A stretch of 63,353 bases of DNA, filler included, from Malassezia furfur (GCA_052055015.1; 14 parts of 14 records of this genome joined end to end with filler, not necessarily neighbours in it), one strand, 5' to 3'; shown: positions 20,143-34,832, numbered from the whole stretch's first letter. Numbers and translations are program-made. Notes: generated from the sequence alone by a model not told the origin.

Positions 20143-20560
20143 AGCGGCGGCGGCGGCGACGGCGGCGCCTGCTTCGGCGGCTGCTCCGGCGCGGCGCAAG
20201 ACGGCGCGCGAGCTCTTTCTCGAGCAAGAGGCGCGGCGCAAGCGCGAGGCCGCACAGCGTGCGTCGTCGTCCGAAGCGAGCGACGAGGATCTGGACTCGT
20301 ACGACGACGAGGACGAAGAGGAGGACGAAGAAGATACCCACCCGTCGCTGCGCGACGAAATCTGGCGCCTGTTTGGCAAGCAGCGGCAGCAGTACATGGC
20401 GCGCGACGTCGACAGCGACGACGACATGGAGGCGGGCGCCTTTGACGTGCTCAACGAGGAGCGGCGTGCGGCGCTGCATGCGCGGCGCGAAGATGAGCGT
20501 GAGGAGCGGGCGCTGCTCGAAGCGAAGCGGCAGAAACGCGCGGCGCGCGGCGGCGCATGA
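20143..20560 (+). CDS. SPT2: C-terminal domain of chromatin protein Spt2, lacking its own start and out of frame with the upstream CFT1 sequence
   Basis: DEIWRLFGKQRQQYMARDVDSDDDMEAGAFDVLNEERRAALHARREDERE matches the SPT2 C-terminal motif (I-x-x-x-F...DMEA...EE-x-R...ED). Confidence 0.75.
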
Positions 20561-20620
20561 GGCGTGTGTGGGCGCGCTGTGGACGCTATGGATGGGCCAT
20601 GTAGGGCATAGGCGGTGTGC

Positions 20621-21199
20621 CTAGGCGCGTTTTTCGAGGAGCCATGCGGAGCGCGGCTCGAGTTTCTTGTAGTAGTCCGGCACCGTCTCGGTGACGTGGA
20701 AGCCAAACTGCTCGTAAAACTGCTTGGCGGCCTCGTTGCCCGTGTGCACATGGAGGTACACGGCCTCGACCTTGCGCAAGTCGTCGTACTTGCCGCCGGG
20801 CGGCGCGTGCTCGAGCACCTGGCGGAGCAGGGCGGAGCCGATGCCGAGATGGCGGTAGGCGGGCAGGACGCCGAGCGTCATGATGTACACCTTGCAGTGC
20901 GCGACGTCCTTGCCCTCGTCGACACGGCAGCACACGTTGGCGACCGGGATGTCGTTGTACAGGCCGAGCTTGCACACCGGGCGCACGTCCTCGCCGAGCA
21001 CGTCCTTGTACACCTGCTCCGAGTAGGCGATCGGGAAGAGTTTGGCGTTGAGCATGCGCAGCTGCCCGAGGTTGTTGGGCGTGAGGTCCGCGAGCGCGAT
21101 CGCGTTGCGCGGCGTGACTGCGCGGCGCACGGGCGCGGCGTCCGCGCCCGGCTGCACGCGCTCCGCGTACGTCGCGGGCGGCACCGTCCTCGCCGCCAT
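20621..21199 (-). CDS. NAA50: N-terminal acetyltransferase NatE catalytic subunit (Naa50/Nat5/San)
   Basis: LTPNNLGQLRMLNAKLFPIAYS, YIMTLGVLPAYRHLGIGS and YLHVHTGNEAAKQFYEQFGF. Confidence 0.92.
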   Translation of the reverse strand: MAARTVPPATYAERVQPGADAAPVRRAVTPRNAIALADLTPNNLGQLRMLNAKLFPIAYSEQVYKDVLGEDVRPVCKLGLYNDIPVANVCCRVDEGKDVAHCKVYIMTLGVLPAYRHLGIGSALLRQVLEHAPPGGKYDDLRKVEAVYLHVHTGNEAAKQFYEQFGFHVTETVPDYYKKLEPRSAWLLEKRA

Positions 21200-21279
21200 G
21201 GTCGTCTCCCGATCGCCACGTGGGCATCGGGGCGCGCGCACGGCGCGGCCCGGCCGCAGCGACGACCATCCGGGGCACC

Positions 21280-22600
21280 ATGTCGCGCTCGAACGTGATT
21301 GTGCTCGACAATGGCACGGGCTACACCAAGATGGGGTATGTGGCATGACTGACACAGCTTCGCGGGCAACTCGGAGCCGTCGTACGTCTTCCCCACGGCG
21401 ATCGCGACGCCCGCGTCGGGCAAGACGGCCGGTGCACGCCCGACGGTGCCTGCCAAGCCCGGCGGGCTGAGCCACTCGTCGCTCGCGTCGAAGCGTGGCA
21501 TCGAGGACCTCGACTTCTACATCGGCGACGAGGCGTTTGCGCACTCGAAGACGTACCAGGTGGACTACCCCATCCGGCACGGCATCGTGGAGAACTGGGA
21601 CCAGATGGAGCGGTTCTGGGAGCAGTGCATCTTCAAGTACATGCGCGCGGAGCCCGAGGAGAACTACTTTATGCTCACCGAGCCGCCGCTCAACCCGCCG
21701 GAGAACCGCGAGGCGACGGCCGAGATCATGTTTGAGTCGTTCAACATCAAGGGCCTCTACATCGCCGTGCAGGCGGTGCTGGCGCTCGCGGCGAGCTGGA
21801 CGAGCAACAAGGTGAGCGACCGCACGCTCACGGGCACGGTCGTCGACAGCGGCGACGGTGTGACGCATGTGATCCCCGTGGCTGAGGGCTACGTGATCGG
21901 GAGTGCGATCAAGCACATCCCCCTGGCGGGCCGCGACATTACCTACTTTGTGCAGCAGCTGCTGCGCGAGCGCGGCGAGTCGGCGCACATCCCGCCGGAG
22001 GACAGCCGGCGTGTCGCGGAGAAGATCAAGGAGGACTACAGCTACGTGTGCCAGGACATTGTGCGCGAGTTCCGCCGGTACGACGAGGATCCGTACAAGT
22101 ACTTTGCGCGCTACGACGGCGAAAACTCGGTGACCAAGCAGCCGTACTCGGTCGAGGTCGGCTACGAGCGCTTCCTGGCGCCCGAGATCTTCTTCAACCC
22201 CGAGATCGCCTCGAGCGACTTCCTGACGCCGCTCCCCGAGGTCGTGGACAACGTCGTGCAGCAGTGCCCGATCGATGTGCGCCGCGGGCTGTACAAGAAC
22301 ATTGTGCTGAGCGGCGGGTCGACCATGTTCCAGCACTTTGGCCAGCGGCTCAAGAAGGACCTCAACGCGCTCGTCAGCGAGCGCCTGCACGCGTCCGAGG
22401 TCGCGAGCGGCGGCCTGCAGCACTCGTCGGGCCTCGAGGTGAACGTCATTTCGCACCGCGCGCAGCGCTACGCCGTCTGGTACGGCGGCTCGCTCCTCGG
22501 CTCGCTGCCCGACTTTTACTCGTTCTGCTACGACAAGAAGGACTACGAGGAGCACGGGCCGAGTATCGTGCGCAAGTTTAGCGTGTTTGGCGGCGTGTAG
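21280..22600 (+). CDS. ARP3: Actin-related protein 3; intron 21336-21357 (22 nt)
   Basis: [53 protein letters not shown] and [13 protein letters not shown]. Confidence 0.97.
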
Positions 22601-22618
22601 ATAGGGGCCAACGCGCGA

Positions 22619-22733
22619 TTATTCCCACACCCGGATCGCCCCCGCGCGGTCGCCGGCCACGACGCACCGGAAGGGCGACTCGAGCACGCACAGCACGGTG
22701 ACCGCGTCCTTGTGCGCGCGCACGTAGTGCGCG
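22619..22733 (-). CDS. VPS15: Terminal WD40 repeat, probably of PI3-kinase regulatory subunit Vps15
   Basis: Reverse strand reads AHKDAVTVLCVLESPFRCVVAGDRAGAIRVWE*, typical of Vps15 C-termini. Only about 38 codons are visible. Confidence 0.55.
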
Positions 22734-22974
22734 NNNNNNNNNNNNNNNNNNNNNNNNNNNNNNNNNNNNNNNNNNNNTTAATTAATTAANNNNNNNNNNN
22801 NNNNNNNNNNNNNNNNNNNNNNNNNNNNNNNNNCCGTTCCCCCTCCCGCGCGCACCCCGGCTCAACCTGGCGGCGCTCGCGTACATAGTCTCCTCATCTG
22901 CGCGCGTTGAATGCGCGCCTGTAGAGTAGCCGAAATCCTCAACGATGCATCGCACTTTGTGTCTATATGTGCGC

Positions 22975-26216
<3,242 letters not shown>

Positions 26217-26491
26217 GGTGCACGAGCCGCGTTGCAAAACGGGGGAAGAGAAGGACGCCGCGTCCGGCGCGCCTACCCCAGGCGGCGGCGCGCGCGCGTG
26301 CCCCCCGCGTGCGTGCGCACGTGGCACCGGCCTGGAACGTGGGCGCGTGCGCCACATGCAAAACTATAGAGCTGCGGGTCCGCGCACGTGATCCTGCGCG
26401 CGGCCAGGGGCGCCGCGGCGTGAAGGCTTCTCGTTGCGAACCGTCGTCGAACGTGAGTAGCGCGGCGTGCCGGCGAGTGCTAACGCAGCAG

Positions 26492-26888
26492 ATGGTGAAC
26501 ATCCCGAAGACGCGTAGGACCTACTGCAAGGGCAAGACCTGCCGGAAGCACACGTACGTATGCTCGAGGTCGTCCCGACTAACGCCAACAGGCCCCACAA
26601 GGTGACCCAGTACAAGGCCGGCAAGGCGTCCGACTTTGCGCAGGGTAAGCGTCGTTACGTGCGCAAGCAGAAGGGTTACGGTGGTCAGACCAAGCCCGTC
26701 TTCCAGAAGAAGGCCAAGACCACCAAGAAGGTCGTGCTGCGTCTCGAGTGCACCGTGTGCAAGTACCGCGCGCACCTCGCGCTGAAGCGCTGCAAGCAGT
26801 ACGTATCCGGATCCTGTGCCGGGTGGCTAACCGCAGCTTCGAGCTTGGTGGTGACAAGAAGACCAAGGGTGCCGCCCTGGTGTTCTAA
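26492..26888 (+). CDS. RPL42: 60S ribosomal protein eL42 (L42/L44e); introns 26554-26591 and 26799-26836, plus a probable 5'-UTR intron 26453-26488
   Basis: [32 protein letters not shown]...[10 protein letters not shown]...[13 protein letters not shown]. Confidence 0.97.
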
Positions 26889-27438
26889 AGGTGATGCGCC
26901 TCGTTGTGTGCACTCACCATGTCCCCATATACTTGTTGGCGCAGCGGCGCTGCTCTGCCGTGCCCCGGGACGTCTCGGGGCGTGTGGCACAATGACCTGT
27001 AGCCTAGCGTTGTTCCAGCAATCCCCCAAAAAAGCAGGATATCATGCCATCTTCTCACCTACGGGTATACGTCTCTCTCTCAGTAGGGCCGCGGCGGCAT
27101 TGGCGGCCGCCCCGCACCGCCCGGCGCACCCGTCGCGGGGTTGTACCACCCCTGGTCCTTTTGGCTCGGGCGGCGGTACGCGCCAGGCCCCCCTCCGCGC
27201 GGCGGCCCCCCCGCGGCGAGCGGCAGCCGCGGCGCCCGCGTCAAGCGGGCATATGGCGTGCCATNNNNNNNNNNNNNNNNNNNNNNNNNNNNNNNNNNNN
27301 NNNNNNNNTTAATTAATTAANNNNNNNNNNNNNNNNNNNNNNNNNNNNNNNNNNNNNNNNNNNNGGGGGATCTATTCGTAGGCGACTAAAACACAAGAAG
27401 GATCGTGACATCAGGCGCAAAGACACAACCGTGTGTCC

Positions 27439-28166
27439 TTAGCTGCTGGCGCCGACCACGTTCATGAAGAGCTGCTCTTGCGGCAGCATGTTCGGCGGGT
27501 CGTAGACGAGGTACAGCTTCGCGTACGGCTGCCCATCGAACGCGTACATCTGCATGCTGTACACCGTGTCGTCCTCGTTACCCAGGAACGCCGGCTGCGT
27601 CTCGATGTAGGTCGTCCAGTTGCTAATGAACTCGGTTCTGCGGTCAGCACACGTGCCACGTACTCCGAGTAGACGCTCATCTGCACCCGCGTCGCCTCTG
27701 GGTTGCAAGGGCTGACGGTCTGTACCGCGCCGTCGCCCTTGTACGGGTTCATGGTGATGGTCGACGTGTTCGACACATAGGTGCCGTGCTGCCAAATGAG
27801 CTGCGCCTCGAAGCAGTCCGGCTTTTCCGCTGCGGTCAGTGTATACACACGTACCGTTTGACGAGTATGCCAGCTTGGCCATCTCAAAGTGGCCGTCATT
27901 GGTGAAACTGTACGAAATACCCGCCGCTGCGGGCACTGTAAATTGCTTCATAATGGGGTTGTAAAACATCTGCGTCAGCCACTCCCACGCACCGTGTTGC
28001 CGTTCCGGCCCGTGAGCACCTGCTGCGAGCCACTGCTCCACGTCCCCACGATCGAGTGCTGGTCCTCTGGCTTCGTCGGAGGGTCCGCGCGGACCACATG
28101 AAACAGGCCCAACAGCAGGAAGAGCGGCCATACGGCTAGGCCAGTAATGCGCAACCCAGACACCAT
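27439..28166 (-). CDS. ROT1: ER chaperone Rot1; introns 27970-27992 (23 nt), 27830-27854 (25 nt), 27638-27663 (26 nt)
   Basis: Signal peptide, IVGTWSSGSQQVLTG, FYNP, GISYSFTNDGHFE, LIWQHGTY, DG...SPC and LYLVYDPPNMLP. Confidence 0.9.
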
Positions 28167-28455
28167 CTTGCAGTCGTTTGTTATGTAGGCAGGGGCTCGT
28201 CGGTTTCCTGCTCGCCGTCTTCCGTGCCGCGGGCTGGCTGTACAGGTACAAACGCAGCGTAAAAAGCGGCGCGGCGCGTTCGACACGGCTCGCCTCGCGC
28301 CGCGCTCGACCGGCTCGGCCGAATTCAGGGCTGCACACGCCTCCCTGGACGCGTGCATGCACCGCGGCGCGCAGGGTGTGGAGGCCGGCAGGGGCACGCC
28401 CCCTGGCGCGGTGCCCCGGCGCTCACACAGATCCACACAAAGCGCCTTGGGTAGT

Positions 28456-28867
28456 CTACTGTACAGGTATCTCGTTCCTAGGGGGTTGCGTAGAAAATAG
28501 ACGACGAAGCGTGTCCATGTCCACGTTCAAGGCCCGACGAATCTGGCGTGAGTGTGCAGCGACGTACCGGCTTGAAACAGTGCTCGCCCTCGCCAAAATC
28601 GGCAAACAGCACAAAGTAGACACAGGTACCTGTCGCGACCGTGCCAGCAATGAGCTGCATGATGCGCTGCCACATCGCCGGGGTCGGATCCTCGGGCAGG
28701 TAGGGCCCACGCTGCGGGTCGATGTCGCTCGCGCGCGGCACACACGACGAGAAGGCGCGAGGGCAGGCAGCACGCGGCAGGTACACCGTGTGCGCCGCGT
28801 ACCTTGTGTACGCGGGGTGCGCAACGCGCGCAGGGCCACGCACGGTACGCAAACCTCTCGCCCACAT
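28456..28867 (-). CDS. Small single-TM protein with mitochondrial-type presequence; intron 28543-28567 (25 nt)
   Basis: Arg-rich N-terminus, a TM segment, then YFVLFADFGEGEHCFKP|IRR. The intron has canonical GTACGT...CTCAC...CAG signals. Confidence 0.65.
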
Positions 28868-28942
28868 CGCGTTCGCCAGAAGATCGTTGCGCGCAAAAAA
28901 AGGAATGCCACGTGGACCACTACGAAGGGGGGGTATGTACCG

Positions 28943-29680
28943 CTAGGCGCCGCGCGCCTTGAGCGCCATGATCTGGGTCAGAGGAAAGGCGGGACGTACA
29001 AGCTGCACCTTCTTGCGGATCATATCCGCAAAGCGGCGCCGGTGGCGCTCCGAGCGCAGACGACGGCGTTTTTGGTTGGGCTTCTCGTAGCGCTCCTCCA
29101 GACGCAGCTCGCGGCGGACATTGTTGCGCCGGAGTGTGCCCATGAGGTTGCGGTAGAGCATCGCAGCCGAGCTGTTCCCGAACGAGTTCGCCGCCGAAAC
29201 TGTACGGCCGGTCGTGGGCGTCGCGGGCGTCGCGGGCCCGATCGTCTGCCGCGCACGGAACTCGCTCTCCAGCTGGTCCATAATCGAGCTTGACAGACCG
29301 TGGTCTCCGGCTGAACCCGGCCAGCTGTCAAGCTGCATGCCGAGAGCGTCGCGCGACCGACGGAGCCGCGCGTCGGCGCTAGCACTGTCGACAGGGTCCA
29401 CGACAATCGTATTCAGCATCTGGTCCCACAGCGCCGCGCGAGACGCCTCTGTATTCTCCTCGGTAGGGGTCTCGCTCTGAGCAGGCTGCTTGGGCGCGTT
29501 GGCGGCGGGCTGCTCCGCGTCGGTTTTCTCGACCGCGCGCGGTGCCGACGTGGTAAGCCAGCGCGGCGAAACGGCGAGTGAGGTGGTCCGCATAGGCATT
29601 GCCATACGGCTTGTTCGTGCAACCGAGGCAGTACCGAAGCGCATCCACGCACCCATGCCCTGGCGTAGTGCGGCCGACAT
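28943..29680 (-). CDS. MRP21: Mitochondrial ribosomal protein bS21m; probable in-frame intron 28973-28999 (27 nt)
   Basis: Presequence plus the S21 motif NNVRRELRLEERYEKPNQKRRRLRSERHRRRF. Confidence 0.85.
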   Translation of the reverse strand: MSAALRQGMGAWMRFGTASVARTSRMAMPMRTTSLAVSPRWLTTSAPRAVEKTDAEQPAANAPKQPAQSETPTEENTEASRAALWDQMLNTIVVDPVDSASADARLRRSRDALGMQLDSWPGSAGDHGLSSSIMDQLESEFRARQTIGPATPATPTTGRTVSAANSFGNSSAAMLYRNLMGTLRRNNVRRELRLEERYEKPNQKRRRLRSERHRRRFADMIRKKVQLVRPAFPLTQIMALKARGA

Positions 29681-29780
29681 GCTGGACACTGGAGCGAAGG
29701 AAGACGGCCGACGGCGCTCCAGGGGTGCATCACGTGACCACATCCGCTCGCCGCGCGACGCGTCCTGCGACCGTGGCACC

Positions 29781-30068
29781 ATGGCGCCGCCGATCGAGAA
29801 TCCCTATGTGGGTGTGCGCTGCTAACGACAGGAAGAGCGGCAGACATTGTTACTTGAGCGGATCATCAAGAATGTCGATTTGCTCGACGAGGCGCTCCAA
29901 GAGCTGAACCGCTCAGTCGCTGAGATCAACAACCAGAACCAAGAGATTACGATCGTGGCCGAGATGTGGAACGGCTACCACCGGAACGTGGAGTTCAACC
30001 TGCAGAATATGGAGACGAGCGCCGCGGTAGGCGCAGGCGCCAGCGTCGGCCCTGGCGCGTCGGGGTGA
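29781..30068 (+). CDS. DAD4: DASH/Dam1 complex subunit Dad4; intron 29808-29831 (24 nt)
   Basis: Spliced IENPY|EERQTLLLERIIKNV...LNRSVAEIN...MWNGYHRNVEFNL. Confidence 0.9.
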
Positions 30069-30310
30069 TCGCCCACGCTCGGCCTGCGGGACCGGCTGCG
30101 CACCGCTCGTGTGTAGCCCGTGTATTGTACAGAGTTTCTACCTTCCTTGGCGTGGTGCGTGTGCCGCGACGGTGCCCAGCTTGGCGCGCGCTGCAGCTCG
30201 TGGGTGCGCATGCCAAGACGTGGGCGCTTGGACGGTGTCAGGCATCGGCGCTGCACGATGACTAATTGGAGGTTAGGGTGGCTCGAGGCCGTCTACGTTT
30301 CTCAGTGACC

Positions 30311-31113
30311 ATGTGGGCCAAGACGCTCGCGGTGCTGAGCCTGTTGGCGCAGGTCGTGGTGGCGGCGAATTCGTCGTCTCCCTACGTGAACCCTGCGCAG
30401 AATGGCGGGAAGCAACTAACGGTACGTGGGGTTGTTGACCGCAGCTCCAAAAAGAGCCACTGAATGTGATTGTGTCGGGCGAATCCGACGCGTACGCGCT
30501 CACCAGCGACGGGTTCGAGAGCTTTTACCGCGCGATTGGTTTTGATGTAGGCAGCTGTGCGGGCCGCTCGGTGAACGACACGCAGCGTGCCAATTTGGGT
30601 GACGGCAACGGGAATGTGGTGCAGGCGGGCATTGCGCGCTGGGGCAATGGCTGCATCGAGTCGCTCACGGGCGGCAACCACTTCCGCTACTGGGTGCAGA
30701 ATGGCACGCGCGCGAATACGGGAGCCATCTTTATTGCCGCGTCCGTCGAGGAGCCGATCCGGCAGAACCATATGATTGTCTCGAACGGCTACGACCTCGG
30801 GCGCGACTGGCTCGTGGGCAACGCAACGCAGGGCACGCGCACCGACAACCAAACCGGCAACGAGTTCACCACGAGCGTTGTGGCAAACAACACGTCGCTG
30901 CTCCGCGGTGTGTCGGCCAGCTCGCTGAACCACGACATTGGCACCGACGGCGTCGTGCGCGTCCTGCGCGTGCGCGTCACGCAGGGCGGCAACGGCAACA
31001 CAAAGTCCTCGAGCGACAATGCGCAGACGGGCGTGGCCTCGTACCTGCCCGGCGCTGCGACGGTGGCCGGCGCAGTGTTCGCGGCACTCGTGCCGATGGT
31101 CGCTGGGGCCTAG
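30311..31113 (+). CDS. Secreted, probably GPI-anchored protein of unknown function; intron 30422-30444 (23 nt)
   Basis: Signal peptide, globular core (EPLNVIVS, QRANLGDGNG, GCIESLTGGNHFRYW, NGYDLGRD), several N-glycosylation sequons, and a hydrophobic C-terminus. Confidence 0.8.
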
Positions 31114-31297
31114 GCCGGCGCGGATGGTGTCGCGAGCACCCACCGTGTGCATCTAATCCGATAGTAGCTACGTAACGCGAGAGAGAAACGAGTGCACTGT
31201 ACAAGCTTCGCCCGCCAAGCAGCGCGGCCAGCCGCCCCTTTCAACAAAAAACGAGTGAGAGCTGGGACCCATTAGCAGAGCCGAGGGGTCGAGTCGA

Positions 31298-31791
31298 CTA
31301 CGCGCGCGACTGGCGCTGAGCGGCATTGGTCGAGCCGTGCGTATCGGCAAAGGTCGGCTGATGCGTAAACGCACCGACGGGCGACAGTGCCGAGCCGCCG
31401 GCCGACGCGTTCGCCGGGCGCATGTGGAAGGCCGTGGGTGGCGGCGGGTCGTCGGTGTGGTGACTGACGCCGGCGGCCGCGTACGGGTTCTCGCCCGCGA
31501 TCCAGCCGTCCATGTAGGACGAGGGCCACATGTTGGGATCCGCCTGCTGGTACACGTCGGGGCGCGCCTCGGTACGCGCCTCTTGCGACAGACGGCGGCG
31601 CTGCGGCGACGACATGGGGCTCTCGTATGCCGGCGAGTGCGTCGAGCGCACGGGCGACGACGCAGACACGCCGATCGCCTCGTCGGCAGCCGCGGCCATG
31701 TGGTCGCCCGACGTGCCACGCTCGGGTGCCAGGGGTGCCGCGCGCGAGGCGCCCGAACGCTGGCGCGTCGCACCCGAGCGGCGCGTGACGG
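31298..31791 (-). CDS. Disordered C-terminal fragment of an unidentified protein
   Basis: Ser/Pro-rich open frame with coding-like codon usage, ending at a TAG stop and converging on the secreted-protein gene. Confidence 0.4.
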
Positions 31792-31891
31792 NNNNNNNNN
31801 NNNNNNNNNNNNNNNNNNNNNNNNNNNNNNNNNNNTTAATTAATTAANNNNNNNNNNNNNNNNNNNNNNNNNNNNNNNNNNNNNNNNNNNN

Positions 31892-32769
31892 GCACGTACC
31901 GATGCACGCGGCGCTGGGCGCGTCGGCGTCGGCTCGCGCGGAGCGGTGGGCGGCGTGGGCGCCGGGGGGGTCGGCACGGGCACTACATGTTTCGGCGCGG
32001 GCGATGCGGGCGGCGAGGCGTGCGGCGACTCTGGTGGCGGCGTGGGCGTGCGTGGCGCCGGCGCTGAGGGCGGCGCTGTGCGCATTTCGTGCGTCTTGCG
32101 CAGGCCCCGCATCTGGGCGCGCCGCGTATCGGTGAACGGGTCGGTAATCTTGTCAAAATCGATCTTGGCATAGTAGTCGTCGGCCGGAAGCTCCGTATCG
32201 ACGTGGGCAGGCGTGCGTGGCGTATGTGCGCGCGCCGACGACGGCACCGGCCGCGGCGTCGGTGTGGGCCGCGGCTCGTGTGCTGTGCGCTGGGCCGGCG
32301 CTGGGCGCACAGGGCGTGCGGGTGCCTGCACCGCACGGGGCGCCGAGCGCGGCGGCTGCAGCGGCACGTATGTATGGGTATTTGGCGTAGGGGGCGCGCG
32401 GTGCGTGTCGGCGTCCACGGCGTCGTCCTGGTCGCTCGGCACCTCGGCCTCTTCGGGCGCAGCCTCGGCGGCGTAGGCGTCGTCGTGCGCCTCGTCGTCG
32501 TCCATGGCGTCTGACTCGCTCTCTGAGTCGTGCGGCACAAACTCTTCGTCGGTGTCCTGTTCGCCTTCCTCCTCGTCGTCGCCGTAGACGTCGGCGCGCG
32601 CCAAGTTGGGCATCGCGAGCGTGTCGAGTCCGCCGGTGAGCGGCGACTCGTCCAGCGCGACGTCCCACGGCTGGGACAAGCGTGGCGTGCGCGTGCGTGC
32701 GCCATGCTCCGGCGTGCGCGCGAGCGCCGGCAGGCGCCCAATCTTGCGGGCCTCGGACGCGCGCTGCAT
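31892..32769 (-). CDS. Acidic, Pro-rich hypothetical protein, 3'-truncated
   Basis: ATG at 32769, divergent from ArgRS with GTCACGTG upstream. No family motif recognised. Confidence 0.55.
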
Positions 32770-32919
32770 ACGGCCGTTGGGAGCGCGACGCGCCGCGTCG
32801 CGACGTCACGTGCTGGGACGCTTCTTCGACTTTTTCCAGTTGGCATCGTGTGGGTGCGCCAGTTGGTCGGATTTGCGCGGATACGCCAGCCCTTGTGTCT
32901 TGTTCGCTTTGCACACAGA

Positions 32920-34806
32920 ATGAGCCATCCCCCAATCCCTCCGCAGAAGCCGTTTGAGGGCGTCCCGCTGTTCCATCAGCTGCCCAAGCTCCCCGAACTC
33001 GAAGGCACGGACCCGGCGACGTCGCCGCAGGACGCGTTCCGCCTGGCGATCGCCGACCCGCTGTCCAAGACGCTCAACGTCCCGCTCAAGGATGTGTTTT
33101 TGGCCGTGGCGCCCGGCGGCCGCGACTCCGACTTCAAGGTCGTGCTGCCGCGCTTCCGCCTACCGACCAAGGTTGACGAGCTGCAGGCGCAGGCGATCGA
33201 GGCCTTCACGCCGAACGCGTACGTGGAGCGCATCGCGAAGCAGGGCCCCGCGCTGCTGTACCACGTTAACATGAACACGCTCACCGCGCTCACGCTCGCG
33301 ACCGTGCAGGCGATGACGTACGGCGAGGGTGCGCACGTCGACGCCGACGGCCAGAAGCGTCCCTCGTACGGTTCCAACACCTCGGGCCGCGGCAAGCGCG
33401 TCATTGTCGAGTTCTCCTCGCCGAACATTGCGAAGCCGTTCCACGCGGGCCACCTGCGCAGCACCATCATTGGCGCCTTCCTGGCGAACCTGTACGAGGC
33501 AAACGGCTGGGACGTCGTGCGGATGAACTACCTAGGCGACTGGGGCAAGCAGTTTGGTCTGCTGGCGCTCGGCTGGCGCCGGTTCGGCAGCGAGGAGGAG
33601 CTGAAGAAGGATGCGGTGCAGCACCTGTACAACGTCTACGTCGAGATCAACCGCCTCGCCGAGGACGGCGCCGAGGGCGAGAAGATCCACGAGGAGGCGC
33701 GTGCCTTTTTCAAGGGCATGGAGGACGGCAAGGAGGAGAACCTGGTCGAGTGGGCCAAGTTCCGCGACCTGTCGATCCAGCAGTACGAGAAGACCTACGA
33801 CCGGCTCAACGTGCACTACGACGAGTACAGCGGCGAGTCGAAGGTCTCCAAGGAGAACCTCGAGAAGACCATGGCGGTGCTGCGCAAGAGCGACATCACC
33901 TCGCGCGAGGAGAACGGCGCGCTGCTCGTCGACCTCACGCCGTACAAGCTCGAGAAGGCCGTGCTGGAGCGCAAGGACGGCACGCCGCTCTACCTCACGC
34001 GCGACATTGTCGAGGCGCAGCAGCGCTGGGACAAGTACCACTTTGACAAGATGATCTACGTCGTGGCCTCGCAGCAGGACCTGCACCTCGCGCAGTTCTT
34101 CAAGATCCTCGAGCTGATGGGCGCGCCGTTTGCCGAGAAGGGCAACTCGCGTCTGCTGCACATCAACTTCGGCATGGTGCAGGGCATGTCCACGCGCAAG
34201 GGCACCGCCGTGTTCCTCGACCGGATTCTGGACGAGACCAAGGAGCACATGCACGAGGTCATGAAGAAGAACGAGGCCAAGTACGCGCAGCTCGAGGACC
34301 CCGAGGGCACGGCCGACATCGTGGGCATGACCGCGGTCAAGATCCAGGACATGAGCGGGAAGCGGATCAACAACTACCACTTCGACTGGAACCGCATGTT
34401 CTCGTTCGAGGGCGACACGGGCCCCTACCTGCAGTACAACCACGTGCGCCTGTGCTCGATGCAGCGCACCAACGCGCAGGACGGCCTCGTGCTCCCCACC
34501 GAGGACCTCGACGTGTCGACGATGCACACCGAGCGCCTCACGGGCAAGGAGGCGCACGAGATCGTCTGGCTCCTGGCCACCTGGCCGGACGTCGTCAAGA
34601 CGGTGAGCCGCGACCACCAGGCGTCGACGATCGTCACCTTCTGCTTCAAGCTGACGCACGCCATCTCGTCCGCGTGGGAGAAGCTGATCGTCAAGGGCCA
34701 GGAGCGCGACGATGCGCTGGTGCGCCTGTGGCTCTACCGCTGCGCCAAGGACGTGCTCGGCAGCGCGCTGCGCCTGCTCACCATCACGCCGCTCGAGCGT
34801 ATGTAG
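32920..34806 (+). CDS. RRS1: Arginyl-tRNA synthetase
   Basis: VEFSSPNIAKPFHAGHLRSTIIG, NYLGDWGKQFG, GMSTRKG, FEGDTGPYLQY and the C-terminal PLERM. Confidence 0.97.
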   Translation: MSHPPIPPQKPFEGVPLFHQLPKLPELEGTDPATSPQDAFRLAIADPLSKTLNVPLKDVFLAVAPGGRDSDFKVVLPRFRLPTKVDELQAQAIEAFTPNAYVERIAKQGPALLYHVNMNTLTALTLATVQAMTYGEGAHVDADGQKRPSYGSNTSGRGKRVIVEFSSPNIAKPFHAGHLRSTIIGAFLANLYEANGWDVVRMNYLGDWGKQFGLLALGWRRFGSEEELKKDAVQHLYNVYVEINRLAEDGAEGEKIHEEARAFFKGMEDGKEENLVEWAKFRDLSIQQYEKTYDRLNVHYDEYSGESKVSKENLEKTMAVLRKSDITSREENGALLVDLTPYKLEKAVLERKDGTPLYLTRDIVEAQQRWDKYHFDKMIYVVASQQDLHLAQFFKILELMGAPFAEKGNSRLLHINFGMVQGMSTRKGTAVFLDRILDETKEHMHEVMKKNEAKYAQLEDPEGTADIVGMTAVKIQDMSGKRINNYHFDWNRMFSFEGDTGPYLQYNHVRLCSMQRTNAQDGLVLPTEDLDVSTMHTERLTGKEAHEIVWLLATWPDVVKTVSRDHQASTIVTFCFKLTHAISSAWEKLIVKGQERDDALVRLWLYRCAKDVLGSALRLLTITPLERM

Positions 34807-34832
34807 CAAACAGTCGTCAAATCTATCGTACA

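Noticed and set aside
26889..27264. GC-rich, hairpin-prone region downstream of RPL42 with a U-tract resembling an Sm site on the minus strand
   Set aside because: No snRNA, RNase P/MRP, SRP or telomerase-template signature could be identified, so there is too little evidence for a call.
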